Assembly (NCBI RefSeq): GCF_006345805.1 | Contig: NC_043008.1 | Location: 65,410,001 to 65,474,000 of the forward strand | Source of the DNA: Octopus sinensis | Taxonomy: Eukaryota | Direction of reading: 5' to 3' | DNA length: 64,000 bases | Shown here: positions 13,478 to 27,779 of the stretch, piece by piece | How the letters are laid out: every line of letters starts with the position of its first letter | How positions within the stretch are numbered: the stretch's first letter is position 1 | Program-made: the position numbers and the translations under genes | The notes under the pieces: generated by a model | The model's database searches: none | Seen by the model: the letters and a program-made list of their open reading frames with translations, nothing else | What the model was told of the DNA's origin: nothing

Positions 13478-13676
13478 CTATATATATATATATATATATA
13501 TGAAAAATAAGACAAGGAAGTAATGCTAAAATAATTTATCATGAAGAACATTTTAGTACCTGTTTCAGTCTTTGGATGAAAAAAATTAAATTGTGGGGAA
13601 ATTAAATTACATGATTTTTAAAAAATGTTTTCATAGCTTTCAAATGCAAGTGGCATTTTCATATTTTTCTGAATCT

Positions 13677-13713
<37 letters not shown>

Positions 13714-13849
13714 AATCACTCTCTCTTACTGTTGTGAACGCTTGGTTGTAGGTACTATGTTGTAGCAGGTCTAAAAGAATGTTTGATATGAGGTATGTGT
13801 GTTCTTGATTTTGATTGTTTAAGTAGCAATAAACGAGGAAGGGAGTGAA

Positions 13850-13918
13850 GAAGAAGAAGAAGAAGAAGAAGAAGAAGAAGAAGAAGAAGAAGAAGAAGAA
13901 GAAGCAGAAGAAGAAGAA
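13850..13918. repeat. (GAA)n microsatellite
   Basis: Seen directly. Confidence 0.95.
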
Positions 13919-13950
13919 TACACTCGACAACACTGAAGCTATCAGTAAGT

Positions 13951-14339
13951 AAATGCGGAAGACTTAACTGTGGTATATGTTCAAACTAATTGATGGATCG
14001 GTGCTCTCTTTCAAACAGGGTCAACGTTTTGTAGTGAAAGACCACTTCACATGTGCTTCGGAGAACCTACTATATGCATTAACTTCTTCAGGGTGTCGAG
14101 AGCAATATATAGGCCAAAGCAAAAACAATCTACGCCAAAGGATGGCCCTACATAGATTTTAGATTAAAATTCGGGAATATACAAAAATAGCATTTAGCGG
14201 ACACATCGATGTTTGCGCAACTAACGAACAACCCAACTTCATAATTTTTCCCCTCTATAAATTCAGGGACGATGCAACCTATAATCAGCGCATCAGCAAA
14301 GAGTCATATTTATCTCAAAATATAAACCCCTTTTGAATG
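13951..14339 (+). mobile_element. Penelope-like element 3' remnant: Cys linker plus GIY-YIG endonuclease (pseudogenised)
   Basis: KCGRLNCGIC, then FTCASENLLYALTSSGCREQYIGQSKNNLRQRMALHRF*IKIREY..FSGHIDVC..FIIFPLYKF..QRISKESY/KYKPLLN: the PLE GIY-YIG layout (YIGQ, R..HR, terminal P.LN). Confidence 0.85.
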
Positions 14340-15415
14340 TGTCCACCACAAATAACACTACTACAAGGACCCTAGAATAATATCCACGCAAATATTAAAA
14401 ATGATATATTCAGAAGAGCCACTACACATGAATTTGTTGAGAAGTATCCAATCACTACTATTATAAGCACTACAGGTCAATATTAGGTCACTTGATCCTT
14501 TAAGCGGATCCCACTAACATCCTACTACTGTCATACCATTCCCATATTTTTCTTATTCTTTTTCTTCTTTTTCTACTCCCTCTTCTTCTTCTTCGCCTCC
14601 TTCCTCGGCTACTGTTGCTTAAACAATCAAAGCCAAGAACTCACATCCTCATATCAAATATTGTTTTAGATGTGCTACTACCGACTAATAAGCCTTCACA
14701 AGAGTAAAAGAGAGACACAGATTGCGCTCCCAGAATACAGAATGATACCCTTTAGTGAACATACTGAGAACATACTGAGAAATGCTCAAAACAACTGCTA
14801 CCGTAATTTGTAAACTTTCCATTCTATCAATGTGTCATTGGAACACCAACACAAGTTGGATAAAATAAGGAAACCTACTTTATCAAAAAGTGTAAGCCAC
14901 AACGTAACCATTTCTCACATTTTAAACAAAAGAAACTTACCTCATTGAAAAAAATATAAAGCAAACCCTAACCCCTTGTAACATTCTATTCTTTCTAAAC
15001 CAAATCATGTTAAATTAATAAAACCTAGTCATTCCCAACATTTTTAATTATCTCTTTTATACCGAAAAAATACCTGATTACCTTCCCGTTTCGAACTCCA
15101 TATTTCACAACACAGCGAAGAGATGACGCAATATAGATAAAGGAATTTGAGAAATTTGAAAGGAAACTACCAAACCGGTTATTTTCGAAAAGCAATGTTA
15201 CTATACGCAAAATTTTATAACATTTTTCTAACATACGATTTAAATATATTCTTTACCATATAACACAAGCCTTCTGTACTTTTTTCACTCTATTTTGTCA
15301 TTTATACATCCAACGACGTGCTTTTACATGCCAACGCTCTCACTTATATATATTATAATATATATATATTATATATATATATATATATTATATAATATAT
15401 ATATATATATATTAT

Positions 15416-16017
<602 letters not shown>

Positions 16018-16309
16018 TTTATATGCATAATATATAGTCTATTGAACAGCAGACATGTTGAAGCACCATGTTCAAAACTTTTCGCCGATCTAGATATATA
16101 TAAATGTGTGTGTGCGTGTCTTTTATCTTTCAGTTGTTTCAGTCGGTGGTCTTTATGGTAATTTTTATGGTGGTTTTTGGAGCAATGGCTCTGATGTTAG
16201 CCAGTGGTATTATATACCTTACCTAATCTTAAATTACTTTATATTATGCCTGTAAAGGTGTGAACTTGCTAACCACCTTGTTATTACGGTAAATAACGGT
16301 AATAGTACT

Positions 16310-16377
<68 letters not shown>

Positions 16378-16940
16378 TATACATAACCCAGTGTTAATCA
16401 CCAAAAATCACCTGTGTACGTTTGTATGTATATGTTCATATATGTATATAGGTAAGTAGGTAGAATGTACACACACACACATACACACACATACACACCA
16501 CACACACACACAAACACACATACACCCCACCCACCCACACACATGGCACAAATTCTTGAAACGGAAAAGTCATAAATATTTATTCGAAATATTTTGCGAA
16601 TCACCGAAAGAATATGGACAAGCGAATACAACAATAATGCTATACGATATGATGATATCGTTACAATATCACGATCAACGATGGTTGCATTTTATATGAA
16701 AGCAGAATGTTATTGGATAATGGCATTCTCTATCGTTTAAAAGAAGATAATGACATTTAAAGTAGAGATAAAAGGCACAAAAGATTTTACTAGATATAAG
16801 GGTACATATATTTATACAACCACTTTTCCAAGAGTGTAACAAGGGATATAATCGAGATATCTTGAATGCTTTTCATAGGCTATTTGTAATAGCCTAGAAT
16901 TTCTACTGCTTGTTTAATCCGTAGATATACTGAATCAAGT

Positions 16941-17185
16941 GGAGGAGCGTGGTTTAGTGGTTAGGATGTCAGCATCGTGATCGTAAGATTGTGGTTTCGA
17001 TTCCTGGACCGGGCGACACGTTGTCTTCTTGAATAAACACTTCGTTTCACGTTGCTCCAGTCCACTCAGGTGGCAAAAATGAATAACGCTGCAATGGACT
17101 GGTGTCCCATCCAGCTGGGGAACAAATACGCCATTGAAACCGGGAAACGGGCCCATGAACCTGTCTAGGCTTTAAGAGAGCGCAT
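16941..17185 (+). mobile_element. tRNA-derived SINE (family C-related)
   Basis: ggaggagcgtggtttagtggttagg (A box) ..ggtttcgattcctggaccgg (B box) followed by a ccagtccactcag core. Confidence 0.7.
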
Positions 17186-17527
17186 TTATACTGGAACAAT
17201 ATAAATATATTCTCAATTAGAATAAATTTTCGCAGCTTTAATTTGAAAGTCAAATGGTGGAGTCTGCTCAAGAATTCATCTTTTAATACTACATAGTGTC
17301 CAGCACTTTTCGGTTAGAAAGAAAATGTGCTTTGAAATGTGTTTTTCTTTTTCTAGAAGGCATGTACATGTTGACAAATCAACTTCAAAATAAGTTCCAG
17401 TTAATCCAGTATAAACTTTCTTTACATGGTGTTATTAGGTGTAATTTACTTATTCAGTACCTATACAGTAAAGATTTCGAAAAATAATTAACCGATTATA
17501 ACTGAAATCAGATGCGAGTAAATAATA

Positions 17528-17568
<41 letters not shown>

Positions 17569-17612
17569 GTAGTAGTAGTAGTAGTAGTATAGTAGTAGTA
17601 GTAGTAGTAGTA
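17528..17612. repeat. (TAC)n abutting (TAG)n: self-complementary microsatellite palindrome
   Basis: Seen directly; centre ctag at about 17566-17569. Confidence 0.9.
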
Positions 17613-17635
17613 AAGTAATGAATTGGGGAAAAAAA

Positions 17636-17850
17636 ATGGCAAAACCGTTAGCTCAACGGTCAAAATCATTACATTAGCTGCATTTTTTCAATTCTTTTCG
17701 CTCTAGGTTCTAATCTCACCGATGTCGAATTTGGCATTTTTCTTTTCATGGTCACTAAAATAAGTACTATTTGAGCACTGGGGTCAAATACAACATGTTT
17801 TCCTGACCTCAAAAGTGTTAGATTTTTGTCAAAATTTGAAACAATTTTTG
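17636..17850 (+). mobile_element. Degenerate family A SINE
   Basis: Recognisable ggttctaatctcaccgatgtcg..ggtcactaaaataagtact..gagcactggggtc. Confidence 0.6.
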
Positions 17851-17984
17851 TTAATCGAAATTATTGCTAGGGAAAAAAAATTAGTAAGCTGATTTTATTA
17901 GCTAAGTTCTTAATTGTATTCTGACCTATTAATGACGAAAATAATTACTGGGCCTGTTATGTTGACTAGCCCCGAATATTTGTT

Positions 17985-18186
17985 TCGAACTGTGGCACAA
18001 GACCAGCAAATTCGAGGGACCGTTATGTCAACCCCAATGCTTAGCTTGCACTTAGGCTATCGACCACCGAAAGGATGAAAGGTAAAGCCCACCTCAGTAG
18101 AGTTTCACCTCAGAATGCGAAGAGGGACAAAATGCTGCTAAGCATTTTTCCCGGCGTGCTAAAGATCTTGCCTGTTCACTGCCTTA
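17985..18186 (-). mobile_element. Family A SINE
   Basis: ccgaaaggatgaaaggtaaag..ctcagaatg..ctaagcatt..cggcgtgctaa..gcctt. Confidence 0.75.
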
Positions 18187-18225
18187 TCTAGCCTCGTATA
18201 TTAAGAAGCATTATGCTTTTGAAGT

Positions 18226-18547
18226 GAAAGTGCGTGGCTTAGTGGCCATAGGCATTTGGCTCAAGATCATAAGGTCGTGTCTTCGATTACCGGCGGCGTT
18301 GCGTGTGCTTGAGTACGACGCTGTATTTCACATGACTCTTGTTCACTCTGCTGGCAAAAATTAGCAGTACATGTAATTCAAACGACCAGCTTTGTCACAT
18401 TATGTATCGCGATGAATCTCCCTGAGAGCCACGTTAAATATACGCGTGTCTGTGGTGCCCTCAGCTTCTTCTACCTTAATTTCGCGAACAGGTTGTTTCG
18501 TTGATCAAATCAACTGGAACTCTCATCGTCGTAACCGACGGATACCA
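18226..18547 (+). mobile_element. Degenerate family C SINE
   Basis: A-box-like gcgtggcttagtgg; 3' tail ttgatcaaatcaactggaactctcatcgtcgtaaccgacgg shared with 55329-55693. Confidence 0.7.
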
Positions 18548-18944
18548 TATTTTTCAAAAGGAACAGTACTAACTGTCGCTTCTTTGTTACGTTCACTAAT
18601 AAAACCTGAGAACTTTCCACGGGTTTTGTTGGTTTATGCTAAAGTATTTATAGTGCTAGGTCGATACCCAGTTGGATAGTCATACAACTGTATATATGTA
18701 ATCATTAGATGGTACGAAGTAAAAAATAGATAGCGGCTCAGGCTTCCATCATGAGAAACACACATTCGGCAGTATGTGCAGCTGCTTTGAAATTTGCATA
18801 ATGGATTTTATGGGACTACCAGCAAAGGGAGAATAATTATTTCGTCTTTTGTTCAGCGTTGTTCAAGGAGTAAATAATAGATTGCTTGATTTTACTCTCA
18901 AGCTTTGACTGTACTTTTGTTATCAATATATAATGATGTAAAGG

Positions 18945-19372
18945 ACGGCAAGGAGGCAGAATCGTTACAGCGGCATTTTGTCCGTCTTCACGTTCTGTGT
19001 TCAAATTCCACCGAGGTCGACTTTGCCTTTCATCCTTTCGCGGTCGATAAAATAAGTACAAGTTGAGCACTGTGGTTCACGTAATCGATTTTGTCCTTTT
19101 CTCGATATTGCTGGCCTTGTGCCAAAATTTGAAACCAATATATAATGATGTAAGGGGCAACCTGATGGCAGAATCGCTAGTATGCCGAGCACAATACTCT
19201 GCGTCATTTCGTCCGTCTTTACGTTCTAAGTTCAAATTCTACCTTGGTCGTCTACTTTGTCTCTCATCCTTTCGGGGTCGAAAACATAAGTACTAGTTGA
19301 GAACTGGGGTCGATGTAATCGATTTAGCTCTTCCCCAAATATTTCTGGCCTTGTGCTAGAATTTGAAACGCG
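18945..19372 (+). mobile_element. Two tandem family A SINEs
   Basis: Two successive heads (aaggaggcagaatcgtta.., ctgatggcagaatcgcta..), each with the core and a tgtgccaaaatttgaaac-type tail. Confidence 0.85.
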
Positions 19373-21551
19373 GTAGTTAATGACATACAAATACAGCTGT
19401 ACCATATTCTTCAAAGCTCTTCGATAGGGGTTATTGAGCACATTCATGTCTTGCACTTGAAACCATACACCTACACAGCAATAGCATATAACTAAGAGAC
19501 TGGTTTCTGCTTATACTTTTGTGTGTGCGTGCGTGCAGTGGTTTGTATGTGTGGCTACTGGGTATGTAAATTAAATAGAGAGTACAGATATTTCAAAGAT
19601 GCTGCAGAAAAAATGTAGAATATTTACATGGAATCTCTTTTGCTGGGCTTTTTCTTTTGCGTCGGTAATTGTTCAATTTATATCTGCTATGGACAATATG
19701 CATGGGTTTCTTATAGCGGGTTGGGGAGCATGTTAATTTTCAGGAAGAAAGCTGCCAATTCACTAACCGCACATTGAGATTAAAACCGAAATTAAACCAC
19801 TTAGGCTTTATTTGTAACCAAAGTACCTATATATCTTGTGAGATAAATAGTAGTAGTTTAATTCTTAGAAATATATTCATATTGCAACTACTTGTTGCCT
19901 CATTTTACACCTTTTGTGTTTAAATGCCTTCTTCGATTTACGTGCATTAATCTACTTGCTTTGTATTTCCCCAGGCAAATTTAAGCAGTCCAATATGTCA
20001 CATACTCGTAAGAAGTATTTTTATTACCCTTGTAAAACGCCTTTTGTCGTTCGACGATTTGCTTTCCGCGTGCGTATTGGACCTTCCTAATGGTATGTTG
20101 TCAATGAGGCCAAATATTCCAAGACAACAAACACACGAATCGAAGATATTACGCAAATCAAATTCAGTTGAAGATAGAATAGCATTTACTTCAATACATC
20201 ACAATTCATATATAATCGTGGTAGAAATACGGTTTACTTGGTGTTTTGTTTGCTTTTCTAATTTTGATTTTTTTGAAATTTCTTTTATTTAGCGGTGGGT
20301 ATGTTAGTCTAACAACGTCGTAGATTGAAAAGTGTTTCATCATATTTGCATTGAATTGTGAATGCGCCTTTGGATTCGCGGCTGATATTCATCAAAACAA
20401 TTTCATATACACTGAACATATGCGAGTATACAACCTTGATTAAACAACTGTTAATGCCTAATTCAGGAGAAACTTCACATAAATATGACGTTTGATCTGT
20501 CATCATATCACATGTGATCGATCTATTCGGTTGAAGTAGGTTTGATATCCAATTTCTGGAGTAATTTTCCATGTAATGAGTACCGGATGAACGTTGAGCA
20601 TTTTAATTACGTATTGGAAGATGGAATATTGATTTCGGTTGTTCTATGATGTATTGTTTAAATCATAGAAAAACCGAATTTGTAGGGCTGTAGATATCAT
20701 AGCAGTCGTACTTCACTGAGGAGGGAAACTACATTGGAACACTGTTAAGATTTCTCCAAATAGTTCTACAGTATTCGAGAGAAAAAAATCTTACTAGGTG
20801 AGTCTAACGAAGAGAGAAAGAAAAAGAAAGAGAGAGACACAGAGAGAAAGAGACGCAGCTCTTTATTACCGTCAATGTCACGATTCCACAGACACCGTTT
20901 TTTGAATGTAGTCAAAATGTTGACATCTTTGAGGTCACTCCTCTATATAATATGAATAGGCATATATGTTTGTATGTAAGTATATGTATATATATATGGA
21001 AGTGTATGTGTATGCACGTTTGTGTACAGCTATATATTCTGTCGAAGTAACAGATCTTCAAACCGACGCAAATTGGTATTCATCTTTAGCTGCTCCATTA
21101 TCACCTGCCTAGAGGAAAGATGATCATGTCGAAAGATGATCATGCATTGAGACATCACTCCGCATCATCACACTAAGGGAAATGACAGTAAGATCTAATG
21201 AAGGACATATTTAAAGAAACATATCTTACACTTTGGATGGATGATAGTAATTACACAAGGTGTTAATAATATCATCTCACCAGTATAGTATAAGTGTAAA
21301 AAGGTGTTGAAACAGTTGTCATAATTATGAAATGAAACATGTCTTTCTATCCATTTTCTCTCGCTCATCTATGTATATTTATATGTGTTACTTATATGCG
21401 TATGAATGTGTGTGTATACTTGTGCTTTAAGCGTAATGATCGAGATCAGCGTTTCTGAACCCTCAAACGATATCTGCCAGAGAGGAACAGGTAGGTGGGT
21501 AGATAGATATATAGATAGATACATACATACATACATACATACATACATACA

Positions 21552-21585
<34 letters not shown>

Positions 21586-21597
21586 CTTACATACATA

Positions 21598-21812
21598 TAT
21601 TTCTTTACTACACACAATGGGGCTAAACATAGAAGGGACAAACAAGCACAGACAAACGGATTAAGTGCGAAACTGGTACTTTATTTATCGACCCCGAAAG
21701 GATGAAAGGCAAAGTCGACCTCGGCGGAATTTGAACTCAGAACGTAACGACAGACGAAATACCGCGAAGCATTTCGCCCGGCGCGCTAAGGTTTCTGCCA
21801 GCTCGCCGCCCT
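21598..21812 (-). mobile_element. Family A SINE flanked by (TACA)n
   Basis: Well-preserved gaccccgaaaggatgaaaggcaaagtcgacctcggcggaatttgaactcagaacgt..gccagctcgccgcc. Confidence 0.9.
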
Positions 21813-21862
21813 TACATATATACGTACACACACACACATTCATACACACATACATACATACA

Positions 21863-21896
<34 letters not shown>

Positions 21897-21933
21897 CATA
21901 CCTACCTACATACATACATACATAATACATACA

Positions 21934-21967
<34 letters not shown>

Positions 21968-22299
21968 CATGCATGCATACGTACGTTCATTGGTAGTTAG
22001 AAGAGTGAGAGTGGGAGGAATAGAGTGATCTGAAGCCAACGAATCGTTCCCAATACAGGCATGAACATTATAATACCTAAATCGATTAAAAGTAGAGGTA
22101 GTCACACTGGGATTTGAGCTCAGTGTGAAGAAAACAACAGCGAACGGTGCAAAGCATTATATCATACTATTCTCACAAATGTATCAGTTCGCGCCTGCGC
22201 ACACACACTCCGGCACAGTTTCTGTCCGTGCGTGTAATCTTCATATTCACGTATATACATGTGTGTACCTGCTTCTGTTTAAATACTTGTGATGGCTCA

Positions 22300-22388
22300 C
22301 ATATTATATACTTAGATATATAAACATATATGACAAGCACACACATATGCACATAAGCACGTGCATGCTTGTATATATATATGTGTTT

Positions 22389-22426
<38 letters not shown>

Positions 22427-22454
22427 TTATATATACATACGCACATATATATTC

Positions 22455-22535
<81 letters not shown>

Positions 22536-22811
22536 TATATATATGTATGTATGTATATGTATATATTGTTATATATATACGCCAGCGTTTGTGAATATAT
22601 ATACTCAGGCACACAGAAATACATATTTATACATACATAGTTATAGATATATGTATTTATGATATATAGATATAAAAAATTTATACATATATATATACAC
22701 GTACATATGTAAATACATACCTGTATAAATATATATATATATATATAAAGCACATATGTTTATAGACACACAAACACACACACACATACACACACACATA
22801 TATATAATATA

Positions 22812-22844
<33 letters not shown>

Positions 22845-22890
22845 CACTCATAAATAAACATATATATATATACATATATATATATAATCA
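22300..22890. repeat. (TA)n-dominated compound microsatellite
   Basis: Seen directly. Confidence 0.9.
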
Positions 22891-23282
22891 CACTCACGTA
22901 TGCAGGTTAAAATTGAGGCCTGGTTTCTGTTTACTGGAGGAAATAAGGCACGAATAAAACAAACAATTACCTTGAAGAAAGTAAACAAAAGTAGTAACTA
23001 AGTTTTGTTTATATGTTATACTTCACCGTTTATTTTCTTTCTCGCCAACTTATTCAAACTCACTTGCAATTTTGTCGGTTTTCTTATTTTTTTCTGATAT
23101 TCAAATTTCCCATAGAAATTTAATTCTCAGTTTATCCGTTTATTATGATTTGTGCTCCTGTGTTTTCTTTCATTTCAAATATGATTCTTGAACTCGCAAT
23201 AGAATAAGTATTTTTTTTTTTTTTGCCATTAGCTTGCTTTTTAAAACGTATTTCTTAGTTTTTTTCTTTTGAACCTCTGTCC

Positions 23283-23319
<37 letters not shown>

Positions 23320-23383
23320 TATATATATATATAGATATATATATATATATATCTATATATATATATATATATTTAAATATATA

Positions 23384-23421
<38 letters not shown>

Positions 23422-24261
23422 GTAAGTATGCTTACACATAGACACACATATAAGCACACATATACAAACACGCATATACACACACGGACACACAGACATA
23501 TTCAATATTAACTCGGTAGAATCCTCAGAGAAAGCATTTAAAAGCTCATATTCGGGCATCGGCTACTATATACTATCATTCAGCAGAATTTTTCTTTAAG
23601 CTAAGTATACATGTCGAAATCCGTTAATGTATAGAATTTATTTTTAAAATATTATACAAGAAAAAGATAGGATAACCATGTTGTAAGTACAAAAAAAATA
23701 ATTGTCCCCGTGCCGTGGTACCAGCTGTCACTGACTTTTCAATCTAATACCAATACATAAGTTATTTCAGAAATAATTACGGAAATAAAAATGATTCAGC
23801 AACTGTGTAACGGCAGATATTGAATAGGCTGCATTTAAAGCACAACTGGTTCACGCAGTTCTTTAACAGCGACCTACCTGATGAAGTGCCGGTGCAGTAC
23901 TGCTGCTCTTCATATTTCTGTAATGATCTATAAAATAATTACGGAATGCTATGATTCTGAAATCTCAGAAGGCTACAACTGGTGATCAGAAACTTGCAAC
24001 TGAGGACGAACCAACCAGCTTGGAACTGACTTAATCACGCGATTCTGTGGTCTGCTAGAGGATCGTAGTGGCTTGCTTCCCTTGCTAGCAATATATAGGG
24101 CGCAGTGCTACACCAATAAGCAGCTGGCGAAATATGTGCCTGGAGTTAAACAAGTAGAAACATGTAACCATCCGTTTGCTGTGTCGATTTATATAAATAT
24201 TTATTTATATATATATATGTATATATTTATATACATATATATATACATGCGTATATTTTTT

Positions 24262-24501
24262 TCTTTTATTCTTTTTATGTTTTACTTGCTTCAGTCATTT
24301 GACTGCAGCCATACTGGAGCACCACCTTTCGTCGAACAATTCGACCCCAGGACTTATTCTTTGTAAGCCTAGTACTTATTCTATCGGACACCTTTTTGAC
24401 GATTTATCAAGTTACAGGGACATAAACACACCAACATCGGTTGTCAAGCGATGGAAGGGATGAAACACAGACACGCTAACATACATTCACACACGCACAC
24501 A

Positions 24502-24535
<34 letters not shown>

Positions 24536-24686
24536 ACAGGCTTCTTTTCAGTTTCCATTTACCGAGCCTTTGGTTGGCCCGAGGCTATAGTAGTGGACAC
24601 TTACCCTTGCTGCCGCGCAGTGGGACTGAACCCGGAACCATGTGGTTGGGAAGCAAACTTCTTACCACACACGCACGCCTGTGCCC
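24262..24686 (-). mobile_element. Family B SINE
   Basis: Homologous to 10119-10532. Confidence 0.88.
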
Positions 24687-25040
24687 ATATATAAGTCTGT
24701 GTGTGTGTGTGCGCGCGCGCGTATGTACATAGAGAGATACATAGATTGATAGATACACATATACATACAAGCATACATACACACACATCCATCAATGCAT
24801 ACATACATACATGCATACATACATACATACATACATACATACTACATACATACATACATACATACTTAGAGATATGTTTTTACGTCCACTACCCATATCT
24901 AATACTTTTAGGGAACCGCTAATGTTACGGAACGTAAACAAATCAACACCGGTTATGAAGCGGCAGTGAAGGCCACACACGCACACAAACATGTACAGAT
25001 ATGTGTGTATTTCTTGTGTGTGTGCGCGCGCCTATGTGTG

Positions 25041-25195
25041 TAAAGGGCTTCTTTCAGGTTCTCCGTACCAAATCCACGCACAATGTTTTGGCTGGCATAG
25101 AGCTATAGTAACACATGTGCCTATGGTTCCACGCTGTGGGATTGAACCCAAAGTCAAATAGTTGAGAACAAGTTTCTCAACTGCACATAGTAACC
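25041..25195 (-). mobile_element. Degenerate partial family B SINE (head)
   Basis: gggcttctttcagg..accaaatccac..gagctatagta..gtgggattgaaccc. Confidence 0.55.
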
Positions 25196-25810
25196 CCCAT
25201 TATTATATGAATAAAAATATTCGGTTAATCTCTTTTAAATGACAATGCTAAAATCAGATATTTTATTCATTGTAATCCTGTCTTTATATTTTGTCACACA
25301 TTCGCCGCTACTTGGTATATGTTTACACATGTATCAAAACATAAAGAATGTAAATATTTTTTGGAAGATAATATGAAAAATGAATTCATTGAAATTCGAC
25401 GATCACATATACAAAAGAATATTACTGATGTAAAAACCTATCAAATATTTCGCAACAATATGAAATATTATTCTTTGAAATCAGCGTAGGAATTCATGTA
25501 TAGTAAATAGTAATGCGTGCGTATTCTGGGCATTTAGGGTGAACATTTCTGTGCTGAGAGTGTTGTTGTATTTCGTCTTTGAATGCAGGAGTTGGCGTCT
25601 CATCAGGCAGTGAAGACAGCTATGTAGGTGGTTCTGCGAGACCTGAGCTATCCTGGGCTACCCAATGATAAAAACGACAGAATGCCCATACAACAGCACA
25701 AAGTTTTCTAGCATGTTTAACTATAAGGAATGCTGTTGTTATTGTTGCTATTCAAGATCTCCGAACAAAAATTTCCAGCCCTGGCCATCTCGTCTTTATA
25801 GATTTATATA

Positions 25811-26042
25811 TATTTCTATACTACCCACAAGGGGCTAAACACAGACGGGACAAACAAGGACAGACAAACGGATTAAGTCGATTACATCGATCCCAGTGCG
25901 TAACTGGTACTTAATTTATCGACCCCGAAAGGATGAAAGGCAAAGTTGACCTCGACGGAATTTGAACTCGAACGTAACAGCAGACGAAATACGGCTACGC
26001 ATTTCGCCCGGCGTGCTAACATTTCTGCCAGCTCGCCACCTT
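25811..26042 (-). mobile_element. Family A SINE
   Basis: Near-consensus copy with the cccacaaggggctaaacac tail. Confidence 0.9.
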
Positions 26043-26187
26043 TATATAAAGGATTATGTTATGTAAGATAGTGTTTCGTTTCCCGAGACAACAGAATGTT
26101 TATTGAGAGTAATCTAGCTACCAGTTTTAGTAGGTCGATTGAACTTTTATGAGCTTCATTGCTGGTATGTATAAATCTAGCATCCGA

Positions 26188-27392
26188 TAGTGGGAGGAAA
26201 AGGTTATAGCTTGGTTATGAAGATATGCTAGAGCTGCAAAAAATTTGCATGCGTTAGTTCCAAACCTTCTTATTAATAACTGTGTTGTTTCTTTCCACTA
26301 ATCTGATATCTGAATGTTCAATGAAGACTTCAAAAGTAGCTTGTCTTGAAAATGGACAAAATTTGTATCGTTGTGTTATCAAGTACTTAAACAAAACGGG
26401 TTTAGCCACCATGGACATTCAAGCTGACATGGTTGCTACATTAGTGTTGGACGATACAACTTTATGAACAATGCAAAACGGAGTAGCTGAATTTTGGAGG
26501 GAATGGGAGAGTCTTAAAGACCCCCCAAAGTCTGAAAGTACTGTAACTGCCTCCACTAAGAAATACATTGATCGTTATCACCAAATGGTGACAGATCACT
26601 GGTGATTGACTATAGATCAAATAACCAACGCTCTTAGCATATCCTGCACTATGATCTTTGCATGATGAAGATCAGACCTCTGTTTGGTGGACACCACGTC
26701 TTATAGAATCTGATCACAAATGCACCAGGCTGATCACATTACGAGGAAATCTAGCATTGTTTGAGGCCGATCCTGTGGGTTTCTTTGAATGCTTCCTGAG
26801 ACTTGATTGGTGTTGGTTTCACCACTTTGGGACAGAGACAAAGAGACAATCCATGCAGTGGGAAAACCCTTCTTCACTTTCTCCAAACAGAGCCGAGATC
26901 GTTTCATCTGCAGTGAAGGTGATAGCATTAGTTTTTTTAGGATGCAAAAGGCATTGTGTTTATTGAATATTTTCGAAAGGGCTACGCTATCACTGGAGAG
27001 TGCTAACTTGCTGAGTCAGTTACGAAAGTCTATCAAGAACAAATGCGCAGGAAAATTGCGGAAAGGAGTCTTGTTTCATGAAGACAATGCTTCATCACAC
27101 AAGTCCTTGCTTTCGGTGGCTGATGTGCTTGACTGTCCCTATTCTCTGGTTTAACTCCATCTGATAACCATCTGTTCCCCAACACTTTAAAAGTACATGG
27201 CTGGGGAGCAGTATCAAGGTTATGATGATGTCATATCTGCAGTAGACGATTAATTTTATTTCTCGCCAAAAGGATAAAAAGCTTCTTCACCAATGGGATG
27301 CAAGCACTGCGATACCGATAGCAGAAGTTGGTGGAACGTAAGAGAAACCGAGGAAAATGAACCACATTAGGTCATTGTAGCCGATCCTCGTA
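26188..27392 (+). mobile_element. Second decayed mariner transposon (different subfamily, irritans/Himar-like)
   Basis: ATG 26352 MDKI/YRCVIKY..; WTPRLI; WFHHFGTETKRQSMQW; SAVKVIALVF.DAKGIVFIEY; GKLRKGVLFHEDNASSHKS; PSDNHLFP; FFTNGMQAL. The right end gccgatcctcgta looks like a TIR remnant plus TA; the left end is eroded. Subfamily call is tentative. Confidence 0.88.
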
Positions 27393-27779
27393 CATGCAGA
27401 TGAATAGTGTGGAGCTGGGAGAAGTCGAAATCGAAAGTTTATTGATGAGAATTGCATTTTCTTTCTTCTATCTAGGCAAATTCTACTATTTCGTTATGAA
27501 AAGCGTTAGGGATTCAAAAGCCCTGAAACGCATTTATAAGATGGTGTAAAGATTTGAATTTAGAGATTTGTGAAAATATCGTTGGAAACTAAGGAATAGC
27601 AGATCAAGTGTTCTGTATGTGTGCATGTGTGCGCGTTGGTGCACGTTCAGGTGTCTTTATACATCAGTATATGTGCTTATGTGTATACGTGTGTATGTGA
27701 ATATATTTTTCGTTTTGCGTGTGTCTGCCTAGTTATGATTGAGTAATGAAAAAGTCCTCTCTCTGATGCTTGTTCTCAA

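Noticed and set aside
23840-23935. Short frame ending QYCCSSYFCNDL* resembling a Ly6/three-finger C-terminus
   Set aside because: Only 36 codons, weak acceptor site and no upstream cysteine-rich exons found.
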